Shown here piece after piece: positions 26,801 to 38,800 of a stretch of 51,337 nt of DNA. Numbering within the stretch: the stretch's first letter is position 1; every line of letters begins with the position of its first letter. The notes below the pieces were generated by a model, which searched no databases, was not told the origin of the DNA, and saw nothing but the letters and a program-made list of their open reading frames with translations. This stretch comes from Clostridia bacterium (GTDB taxonomy: Bacteria; Bacillota; Clostridia; UBA1381). Location: positions 1 to 51,337 of the forward strand of contig JAFQYK010000224.1 in the NCBI GenBank assembly GCA_017406485.1, given 5' to 3'. Made by a program: the position numbers and the translations under genes.

Positions 26801-29800
26801 GAGCCGCGGGCAGCAATCTGAGCTACTGTTTCACCTGCGGGAAGGGCAAGCGTTATCGGTGCGGAAGCGTTAAACGCAACACCGCCGCTTGATTGTACTG
26901 AGCCGTTGCCAAGCTGACCCGAAGCGTTAGCGCCCCAGGTGTATACATTACCGTTTGCGTAAACCATAGCGTGGTTCGCGCCGGCTGAAATCATAGTAGC
27001 GCCTTCTATGTTAATCTTGAACGGCTTGTAGAAGGCCGGAAGATGTCCCGCATTGTCACGGCCCATCTGCTTGAAGTCGTTATTACCCCAAGCATACACG
27101 TTATTTGCATCCGTGAGTGCCAGCGCGAAGCTATCACCCGCCGCTATTCTTGTAACCTTTTCGCCGCTGAGCGTTGAGAGATCAACCGGCTGAGGCGTAT
27201 CGTAAACAGTCTGTGTTACCGAGCCCACACCAATCTGACCGTCACTGTTATCGCCCCAGGCGTAAACCGTACCGTCATCTGCCAAAGCAAGCGCGAACGA
27301 TTTACCTGCAGCTACCTCGGTTATATTAGCAAGAGATGCTATCTTTTCGGGGTTGGCTATAATCTTGTTGGCGCCGCTTGTGCCGTTGCCGAGCTGACCT
27401 GTGGTATTGTCACCCCAGGTCCATACGCTGCCGTCTGACTTCAGGGCAACAGCGAAGTCCTCGCCGCCCGTTATCATTGCGGACCGGCCAAGCTTGTTTT
27501 CAGGCTTGATTATAACTGCGAAGGTCTTCGTATAACCTGTTCTTGTATGTGTTACTGTGACATTAGCCACACCGTATGCGTTCGGAACAAGCTCGAATAC
27601 AGTCGTCGCGTTTCCGTTCACGGTCGCGCTTACGCCGTCATTTATTGTAAGCAGACCTGTATCGTCGCTTGTGAAGGTTGCCACTACATCGGCAGGATCT
27701 GCGTTTGCGCCTGTTGACGAAGCAGCGCCCGCGCCGAGTGATTCGAAGATGTTGAAGGACGATACGGCTGTGATTACCTTCAGCGCGTTCTTGTCAATGA
27801 GAAGGTGCTGCGTCGGGTAGATTGAAACTGTACCCGGCAGATCCGAGGTGTATGTTGCAACCGGAACATTTGATGTGTTCGCAACAGCTACCGTCGGAAC
27901 GATACCTCTGCTCTGGCCGTCCGAGCTGCCGAGAAGCACGGGGATGGTTGAGCTTGACTTCGCGTCGTCACTGCCGTCATTCTTTATTCCGAGCTGACCT
28001 TCTGCGTTGTTACCGAAGGTGTAGATCTCACCGCTGTTGGTAAAGAGAACTGAATGCTCGTTACCTGCCGCAAGGCCGATAGCGTCTGTGAAGTCGCCGT
28101 CGAACTCGCTCTGTACCTTAACTGCGGTTGACTTCTGAGCCTTGGTGCCGTCACCAAGCTCACCAAACATATTGTCACCCCAGCCGTATACGCTGCCGCC
28201 CTTGACGATTGCAAGGTTGTGCGTTCTGCCGGCGTCGATGTCAACTACAGGTACATCCTTACCGATTTCCTTCTTTGTATAGTTCTCCGCGTAAAGTACC
28301 TTACCCGGCATATTTCTTGAAGTGTCTGTACCGTCACCGAGGCGGCCGTAGTAGTTGTAGCCCCAGGTCCATACGCGTCCGTCATTTGAAAGTGTTACGT
28401 TATGCTCGTTCTTCGTCGCTATCTTAACCACATTGTACTTGAAGCGGCCGTTTTCTTCCTCTTCCTCGGCCGTGTACTCAAGCTCATCACGGTTGCCCAT
28501 AACCTCTCTCGGCACCTCGAACTTCATATAGTTCTCGTGGCCGATGTCGATATTGCCGAGCTGGTGGTTGTTGTTTCTGCCCCATGCGTAGATTACACCG
28601 CTTGCGGTAAGAGCCATTGTGTGACCATCACCCGCGCCGATGTTTACAATACCGTCTACCTGCTTCGACGGGCCGAATTCCGTTGCGACGGTTGCGGCTG
28701 TCTTATATGAATCGTCGTTCTGCTTATTGCCTATCTGACCGAATTCATTAGAGCCTACAGTCCATACGCTGCCATCCTTCATAAGGAATACGCTGTGCTT
28801 CTGGCCTGCGGAAACGTCCGCAACACCTGTTATGCCGCTGAGCTTGGTCGGAGTGGTGAGAGTACCCGAAGCAAGCTGGTGGAATTCATCGTTACCCCAG
28901 CCGTATACATTACCGTCTCTGTCAACCGCCAATGCGTGCGTGTCGCCGGCTGATACCTTTACAATGTTGCTGAGTCCCGGAACCTTCATAGGCTGCGTGT
29001 AATACTTAGCGTCGGTATTAGCCACTCTCTTATAGAGGTTTGAACCCCAGGCATATACGTCACCCTTATCTGTAAGCACGAGTACAAAGTCTGTGCCGGC
29101 GGATACCATAGGCGCGTTCGTTGCGCCGTCGGGAACAACGTTTATCCTGATAAAGCCTGCGTTCTGTCCCTCGGTGCCGTCCGCGTTAAGCTCAACTATG
29201 CGTACAATTGCAGTGCCATAGCGTCCGGTCTTAGGAATTATCTTATTATCTACTATATCTATAAGCGTGTCGTCAACAGCCTCAAGCTTATAGGTCTTGT
29301 CCGTATCGCTCCATACGAAGTTATCCCAGCGCTTTGTATGGAGAACGTTAAATCTGTACGGTACGAATATATCAACGCTTTCAATTGTCAGCGTCTTGCC
29401 GCTCTCAACCGTGAACTCATACATATCGTGGAGATTTGAGTAATCAGCGGCGGCGGTGTATGTTGTTGTACCGTCTGTTGCAGCGTGTACCCTAATTGCG
29501 TCAGGTACCTTGTTGACCTTTACAGGCTCCTCTCTTGTGAACGGGATATTTGTACCGTCACCGAGCTGGTAGCTGCTGTTCTCGCCCCAGGTGTAGCTCT
29601 CGCCGTCTGCCTTAACTGCCAAAGCGTGCGTATCACCTGCAGCGGTGAGGATTACGTTATCATCGGGAACGCTTACCTCGTTTGCGACAGCCTCGGCCGT
29701 GTTCCACTCGTACGCCTTACCGTTGTAGCCGGTAGCCGTGAAGCGCGAGCCGCGCGCGTCAACCTGCGTAGCCTTGGTCGTGTACTCTGAACCCGGCTCA

Positions 29801-32800
29801 AGGTTTGCAACAGCAGAAGGTACAAGGCTTGAGCCCCAGGTGTAAACCCTGCCGTCCGCCGCGAGGGCTACGGTTGTGTTGTCACCCGCGGAAATCGCCA
29901 CTATGTTGCTTACGTCAACCTTTACCGGTCTCTTTTCCGTATCAGAACCAAACGTACCCCAGGTCCATACCGTTCCGTCACCCTTCAATGCTACGGAGTG
30001 GTTCTTACCTGCCGCTATTGCCTGTACGTTTGTAATCTTAACGGCTCTCGCGTAATAGTGAGCGCCTGACTTGTTATCGCCTATCTTAGCGTCGCTCTTA
30101 CCCCAAGCGTATACCTTGCCGTCATTTGCAAGAGCTAAGGCGTGGTCGCTGTAACCGCTTACTGCGATGATGTTTGCAACGGTTGACAGCGGTCTGCCGT
30201 CCGCGTTCAATACCTCGCCGTTATCTGCGGCTGACTTTGTTGAAGTTGCGGTGCCTCTGCCGAGCTGGTAGCTTGTGCCGTCACCCCAGGCGTAAACTCT
30301 GCCGCCGTTGGTGAGGTAAATATTGAACTCGTCACCCTGAACGAACTGCTTAATCGTTCTGTCACGTGTTTCTGCCGCATCGCCGCCCTTTGAGAGGTCT
30401 GTCTTTGTGGAGTGGTCGAACATTACGTTACCGGGAACGTATACGTAGTCCTGACCCTCACGGTTAATTGAAACATTCAGTCTGTTGTTTGAGTTATTCT
30501 TACCCCAAGCCCAAACGCTGCCGTCGGCGTGTACGATTGATGAGCTTGTCGGGCTGAGTGAAGGCATCGGCAAGGAGGACGTTCCTTCTTCTATAAGTCC
30601 CGCCTTTATAAAGCCTGTCGCCGTAATCATCTTACCCTTGCCCTTATCCGGATCTTCAAGGTTGCCGAATACCTTGCTCTTGTACGGCGCGGAGTATACC
30701 GGGTATGCGCTGTCGCCTACGGTTGCATCGTCAGCGTTGGTAATTTCGGGGTTGGTTACGGTTTCCGATACTGTATTTATTATAATTGCCAGATCGTCCG
30801 TTGAGTTAAATGTTACGCCGGACAGATCGTCTATTGTTGTTATGTACTTATCGTTATAAAGGTTGAACGGACGTGTTTCTTCAACAACCATTCTCTTTAT
30901 AACAGCCTTTTCACCAAGGTCGAAGTTTATTTCGTCGGGGTAGTAGAGTGTTTCCTTGAGTGTGCCGTCAGCCTTCAGGACGTCTACCTCGGCAAGCTTC
31001 ACAATCGCGGTCGGCTCTTCTGTCTTAGCCATTACCGGATAAGCGGAGCTTGTGGTCTTAACGTCGCGGTTGCCGAGCTGGCCGTAGGTGTGGTCGCCCC
31101 AACCCCAGACTGTACCGTCCTCAACGTATGTTGCCTTGCCTGTGATACCGGTTGTGCCGTTTATAACGCCCGGAACCTCAATACCGTACGGGTTAACCTT
31201 TGTCCAGTCGCCGCCATCAGCAGACTCCTGTACCTTAGCGCTGTCAGAACCGTTGTTCCACTCCCAAACCTTATGAGCTACGGTTGAAGCATAATTCATA
31301 TTGCCGCCGGCGGTTACATGGGCTATAACGGTGTCAGCCGCTGTTTCACCCTCTTCCGCTGATTCGGCAGGTGTTATCTCAACAGGCTTATACTTCTCAT
31401 TCGTCTGAGCAGCGGTTGAAGCAGAGCCCCATACGAATACGCGGCCGTTTGCCGAGGAGAACTTATCGGCTACGGGCACGTCAAACTGACTGTGCTCATC
31501 GTCGGTGTTATTCTCTCTTATAAGCGCAATATTGTGGTTGTAGCCGGTGTCAATTTCGGTTACGTTATTCAAGTAAATGCTGTTGTACGGGCTTTCGCCC
31601 ACTCGTACAAGTCCCGGATAACCCGGCTCATATGTACGGTTCCGGTTACCGAGCTGGCCTGTGGTGTTAGAACCCCAGGTCCATACACGGCCGTCATCGC
31701 GGAGGATTGTGCTGTGGCTCTGGCCGCCTTCAATGTCAAGAACGTATCTGAAGTCATTCTTATAAAGCTTCTGGCTCTCACCTGCAATAATCTTACCGCT
31801 TGTGTTGTCTGAAGTATATGACCACGCCATAGCCGTTGCGTCATCATCATTGAGTATTGCGTATACAGCCCATCCCGATGCGCTTATGGATACCGGCTTA
31901 ACCTCTGAAGAAGCGGCAGGTGTGTATCTCACAACCGGATAAGCATCGGAGCCGTTACCCCAGGTATAGATTACGCCGTCTCTGTCAAGGGCAACCGAGA
32001 AGTTGTCGCCCACTGCAACGTCTATGATATTTTCGAGATAGCCCGCGCCGTTTACGCCGAGAACCTGTGACGGATAGTCGTCATTCTCATTGCCGCCGGA
32101 GCCGAGCTGATAGTTTGTACCCTTACCCCAAGTCCAGACAGTACCGTTTGACTTGAGCGCAACAACGTGATGCTGACCGTTTACAATCTTCGGTGACGCT
32201 ACCTTCGGATCCTGGTACTCAAGCTCACCGGTAAACGGATTTTTCTTTAAGATATTGCCGTACTTCTCGTCATTGTTCATACGAACCTTAACGCTGAATA
32301 CGAACGCCGTATCGGACATATCGTCACGGAGGATAAGTTTTGTTTCGCCGTAGCTGTAATAGTTCTCGTGCGGTACAGGCTTTAAGTATACAATGTTGCT
32401 GTCAGATGCGTCTGTCTCAACGGTTAGAACATTGCTGTCCATAAGCGTGAGGTTAAGCGCTCTTGAAATTGTGCCTGTCTTGCCGCTCGGAGATGTGTAG
32501 GTAAAGGTGTGGTACGGTTTTGACTCACGGTTAATATAGGACAGGTTGAAGCCCGGATCCATAAGTCTGTCTACCTTGCCAAGATCAAGCTTAATGTACT
32601 GATCCTCGGTAATTTCGAGCTTATTCGGCATACCTATAAGTTTGCCTGTGTTGTCAAAGTCTGTGCCGTTTACAAGCGCGTCGTTTGTGTAGTCATCGTC
32701 ATCATCGGCTGTGTAGATACCGCCGCCGATGATATTCGGGCGGATATAATCCGTCGCGCCGGTCTGAACAGGCGTCTTGGCGGATCTTGTGTTATCCGTT

Positions 32801-35800
32801 GCAGCGTCTGTATCATATGTTACATAGTCACCCATCTGGTTGGCTATACCGTCACCCCATGACCATACTGTACCCTCCTGAGAGTTGTACATTACGGTAT
32901 GTGTGCCTCTTGTCGCGATTGAACCGAACTTTGTAAGGTACTCGCTGAAGTCCTCGCCGATATAGTTAATCGTGTTACCCTTCATAACTCTTGTCGGCTC
33001 GTATACGATAGGCGCGTCTGTGCCTACGCCGAGCTGATAGGTTATGGTTGTGTCGTCTGAATACTTGTTATAAGTGCTGTAGGAGCCGTTGTTTACATCA
33101 TAGGTGTACTGCAGGCCGCCTGCGCCCTTATAGCCGCTGTAATATGAACCGCTCATATATCTCTTGTTATAGAGATAACCCGGATATGCGTAGCTGATTG
33201 CTACGTCCTCAGGCGGTGTATTGTCACCCCAGCCGTATACTTCACCTCTGTTTGAAATGGTAAAGCTCTGGTTTGAACCTGCGGCAATCTGCGCTATACC
33301 GTTAAGGATAGTTGCCTTAACCGGATGCAGCTTCTTATCATCTGTTTCAGCCGCGCCGAGACCCATCTGGCCGTAGCGGTTATCACCCCAGGAGTATACG
33401 TCGCCGTTCTTTGTAAGAGCGATAATGTGGTTATCACCCGCGGAAATGGTTGTTACCTCCTGGAGATAGTTATATGTATAGGTTGAAGCATTCTCGGCTG
33501 CGTTCTCATAGATGTAATCGCTTCCGCCGTTATCATACTGAGCAATCTGCTCGCCTGCGATTGCCTGAATCGGGAAGGTTCTTTCATATCTTCTGCCGTC
33601 AGGCGCGCTCTCGGCATATTCGTACTTCAGATTGCCGAGCTTAACTCTTGAATAGGTGATATTATTATCATCACCCGACTCGCCGTGGTCTGTCTTACCC
33701 CAGATATAAACGCTGCCGTCACGGCGGAGAGCAACTGTGAAGTCACCGCCTGCCTTGATGTCGATTATATCCGAAAGGGCTGTCATACCGTCAACACCCT
33801 TAACCTGAACCGGAGACTTTCTTACCGGTCTCATATTGTAGGCGTTGCCGTTAAGTCCCCAAGTCCAGGCGTCGTGCTCTGCAGGTCTGTAGTGACCCAT
33901 AAAGCCGGTTACCTCGGTTGACTTGGCCGTTGCGGTCTGTGAATACTTATTATCACCCCAAGCGTATACCGTACCGTCTGCAAGAAGCGCAACTGTATGG
34001 TTATCGCCGGCTGCGATTGCCGCAACATTTGAAAGTGAAATCTTCTGCGGTGCAGCCTTGTTATAATCAATCTTTATGTAGTTATAGTGAGTATGGTCGC
34101 TGCAGTCGTGGTCAAGACCGTTATCACCGGTATCAATGTAGTTATCAAGACAGCAGTAACGGTGATATGAATACCACGCATTATGTCCTCCAAAATAATT
34201 CAAATGCTCTGACCACGCATCGAAGTATGACGCGCTGCCTATACCGAGCTGGCCGTATTCGTTGTAGCCCCAGGTATAGAGGTTACCGTCTGTGTCAACA
34301 GCAGCAGCGTGATACTTACCTGCTGTTATGTACTTGATAATTGTTCCCGCCGGGAAGCCTGTTATCGGGCCCGGACGGTCTGCAGGATAGTCGTCTGTGT
34401 TGCTTCTGCCGAGCTGGCCGTAGCCGTTAGCGCCCCAAGACCAAACCTGACCGTCTGTTCTCAGCGCAAGCGAGAAGTTCTGACCTGCCGCAACCATCGG
34501 CATTACCTTTGCGCTGTCGTCGTCACGCTTTACGTAAAGTATGAACATACCGATTGCGCCGGTTTTCTTATCCTGTACGGAGATGGTTGTTCTGTCATAG
34601 CGTCTGTTCTCGTTCGGCTTGATTGCGCCGGTTGAAGCGTCTATGGTCGCAACGCTTTCGTCTGAAGAAGCCCATTCAAGGTTGCCGTCTGACCAGAGCA
34701 TATCGTGCGAGGTCGCACCGGCAGGCAGGGCTGATCTCCAGTATCTCGTCTGCATTGTGTAATCGTTTACGTTAAAGCCTGTGTTGTAATCATATGTGAT
34801 AAGGCCTATGTTCAGCGTATCGTTCTCGTGTATCGTTACAATAGGCGGAAGCTGAACATCTGATGTGTAAATATCCTCCGCGCTGTTGTAGGAATATGAC
34901 GCATAGGTTATGCCGTCATCTACTGACGAGATTTCTCTGAAGGTGAGGAAGCGTTCCTCTCTGTTACCGGCTACCTGCGGCACGGGAACGATGTCGGTTG
35001 TTGTATCACCGAGCTGGAAGGCAACGTTATCGCCCCAGCCCCAGATATAACCGTACTTGCTGATTACAGCCGAGTGGTTCGCGCCGATTGCGGCAGCGTT
35101 TATGCCGTTGAAGTACTTGGTTGTATTGGTATCATCGTCCATCTCATACTTAAGACCGGTCTTTACAATCTCGTAATGGTCTATGTATGAAGCTGTGCTG
35201 CCGTTTCCGAGTCTGGAAACGTTCAGGTTTGCAGTTGTTGACCAGTAATTTGCCGCTGTGTGTGCCTGGTCAGGTGTGTTGATGGACTGGCTGAGGTTGC
35301 TTCCTGTCGTGTAGAGGTAGCCCTCGTTCGTCATAATAGCGCTGTAGTTCTTGCCTGCATAGATGTGCGCTATGTTTGCCTTATTCTTTATTTCGTCTAT
35401 GATTGTTGTGTCGTCGGAGGTGAGGGAGGTATCTGCGGGTGCTGTAAGGAGCTTAGGCGCCGTTATCTTATCAGATGTTGCGGCAATACCAAGCTGACCG
35501 TAGGTATTGTCACCCCAGCCGTATACATCGCCGTCCTCGCGTACAGCCATCATATAGCCTGTTCCGACAGCAATCTCTCTTATTCCTCTTAGGTAGAGGT
35601 TGTAGTTCGCGTTATCATCGCGGACATCAACGTCTATTTCGTCACCTATGGTATCGCCTGCGCGAACCTGGATAGGTGTAATCTGATAGGTTCTCTCGGG
35701 TATCTCCTGACCGAGCTGGCCTCTGGAGTTGTCGCCCCATACGAATACCGCGCCGTCGGAACGGAGAGCCGCGCTTGTGTTACCCTCAGCGGCTACCTGT

Positions 35801-38800
35801 ACAATGTCGTAGAGGTAATTCTCAGCCGCAAGGCCTACAACCTGCGTTACCGCCGTAAGTGTGTTCTTCGAGTTAACTGTATTGTCACCGAGCTGGCCAA
35901 CGCTGTTGTCGCCCCAAGCGTATACGTAGCCGTCTGAGCTCAGCGCGAGTACGTGACCGGTACCTGCGGCAACGGAGATAATCTTCTTGTCTCTGAAGCC
36001 TGTGATTTCCGTTGCAAGACGCTGTGTGCCGTAATTTACCTTGTTACCCCAGAAGTAAACCTTATTGCTTTCGTTATCAACTATGAAGTTTTCTGTATTT
36101 GTATCTGTCTGCTCGGCTGTTACCGCGATTGTGTAGTTTTCGTTTGCCGCGATAGCAATTACATTTGTGAGCTGAGCATTATTATTAGCCTGACCGTCGT
36201 TAATTCTTACAGCTACGGGGTATGCGACGCTGTTGGTGTCGCTTGTGCCGTAGTAGGTGAAGTTACGGTAGAGGTAATCTCTGTAGAGATTTGTGCTCCA
36301 CGGCGCGCTGCCGCCGTTTACGACTGTGCCGCCCGTGCCGTTCTTACCCGCGTCACCGTCACCGAGCTGGCCGTAGTAATTATCACCCCAAGCCCATACC
36401 GTACCGTCCTCCTTGAGGGCTACGGTATGATTTGAACCTACAACAACTGTAGCGTTCGTGAAGGCTTCCGCCTTCTTTGTAACGGTTACAAGGAAGCTGC
36501 CGGTACTCAGGAGCGCCGATGAAGCCGTATTTCTTACCGTTATTACAGAGCTGTTATATACGGCGTTCGGGTTGTTTGCCGGATTGAGTCTGCCCTTAGG
36601 TGTGCCAAGCTCTACAACCGTATCATTAGAGGTTGTGAATACCACATTAGCGGGGTCAATCTTTGTCTTTTTGCCGCTTGTTTCGAGAACGAAGCCGCTC
36701 TCGTATACCTCGTAAATCTTATCCATATCAACCTGCAGGTACTCAGTTGAACCAACGGAGATATTCGGGAGGTTGGTTATGGATTTATCGGTGTAATTGA
36801 AATCATCCGTTTCGTTAAGCGTTACGGTATACTGACCCTTATATGCGCCGCTGTTGTCGTACTTCTGGACAACGAGAACGATTACCCTGCGTAATTCTCT
36901 GTCGCCGGACTGTATCGGCATAAAGGATTCGGGATACATCTCATTTGCGAGCTGACGCTTGCCGTTGTCACCCCAAGACCATACAACATCGCTTGCAACA
37001 ACCGTATCGTGCTTTATAGCGTGTGAATGCTTGCCGCCTACGCTTACCGACCAGATGTTTTCGAGGTATGCGTAACCCGCGGCTGAATAGGAGTCGCCCT
37101 TCTTAACCTGAACAGGTGCGAGGCTCTCCTTATCGTAGTTATTATCCTGAATTGTTGTACCCAAACCAAGCTGACCCTTATCGTTAAGGCCCCAGGTGAG
37201 TACGTGTCCGCCATCGGTGAGCGCGATTGTGTGGTTCGCGCTTGAGTCGAGCTGAACTATTCTCTCGAATACGTCCGCGCCCGAAGCGTTCTTAACCTTT
37301 AGCGTATCCTTATCTATTTCATAGAAGCGGTCGTGATTTACCTTATCGCCGCGGCCAAGCTCGCCGTTTCCGTTGTAGCCTGCCGACATAACCATATTGC
37401 CCGCGCCGAGTATAATTACCGAGTGGTTTGCACCGGCGCTTACGTGTGTTACGTTTGCGAGGTAGTTGATGTCGCTGAAGGTGTACATCGGAAGGAGGTC
37501 GTCTACCTTTTCAAGACGCTCTTCCTCCTCGCCTGCCGCGTTTGTCTTAACAGCCGCCAGCGCTCTTACCGGTATATACTTATCGGAAATATTGCCCGGC
37601 TCATCCTTACCTGCCGCGCCATATGCATCGGTACCCCAGCTAAGGAGCGTACCGTTTGACTTGATTGCCATAATTCTGCCGCCCTCGGCGCTTATAGCAA
37701 CGATGTCTTCAAGCTCTGTACCCTGATCATAGATGGTTCTCGTTATCTCTGTAACGTTATCATCCTCAAGCATCGGGTTGCCGTCGCTGCCGATTACGTG
37801 TTCGGTTACGCCGACCTTGCTGACGGTTGCGGAAAGACCGCGGTTGACCTTAACAGGCGTAAACTGAGCGTCTGTCTGGTTACCGTCGCCGAGCTGACCC
37901 GAAGCGCCCGCGCCCCAGGTGTATACGCTGCCGTCCTCGGCAAGCGCCGCGGAGAACTTCGAGCCTGCCGCTACAGATACGAACTTAACCTCATTCTCGC
38001 CGTTCTTTATGCTTATAAGACCCGCTGTTGCGCGCTTTGCGGTTGTTGCCGGATCTGCGCCGAGCTGACCCTTATCGTTAAGGCCCCAGGTGTAAATTCT
38101 GCCGCCGCGTGTAAGAGCTACAACGTGGTTAGCGCCTACCGCGATTTCCTTAATCTTATTCTCGTCAAGACCGCCTACTGTTCCTAAGAACTCGCTGCCT
38201 GTCGTTACCTGTACGGCGTAGCCCTTCGGGCCTATTGTCTGGCCGGTTGCGCTTGACTCTGTGCTGTCGCCCATTGTACCGTCGCCAAGCTCGCCGTTAA
38301 GGTTATAACCCCAGGTCCAGACAGTTCCGTCAGGCTTCAATGCCGCGGTGAAGTTGTCGCCGGAGCTTACCATCGGAAGTGACTTAATAGTTCCGCGCTC
38401 TGTGCCTGTGCCGTCCTCAACGCTTACGTTGAGTACGGTTTCAGCAATATAGGTATAAACCTTTGCCGGGTTTCCGTCCTGATCAGTGCCGTCCTCTTCG
38501 AGGTAAGCAACGATGGTTGACTTGCCGTACTGGTTATTTGCGTTAATTGTAACCACGCCGGTGGAAGCGTCAATGTCCGCAATATTCGGATTTGACGCGT
38601 AGAACTTCAGATTTGTGCCGTTTGTAAATGTCTTCTTTGAAGTAGCCTTTTCGGTGTGTATTACATTAAGATTGAACGCGTAGTGATGCTGAGCCGCAAA
38701 CTTTCCGGGGTTAAATACAACTTTATCTCTTGTTGTAACGTCAATCTGACCCGGTGCAGCCATTGTATCACCGTAGTTTGTTACGGTAGCATCAGCGTGT

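Noticed and set aside
29775-29820. FN3-like motif VANLEPGSEY
   Set aside because: It sits in a short inter-blade loop with no room for, or other hallmarks of, a fibronectin type III domain.
33040-34240. Diversity-generating retroelement variable region behind the aromatic-rich loops
   Set aside because: I saw no template repeat or reverse transcriptase in the window, and the loops are internal rather than a C-terminal lectin-type fold. A remote element cannot be excluded from this window alone.
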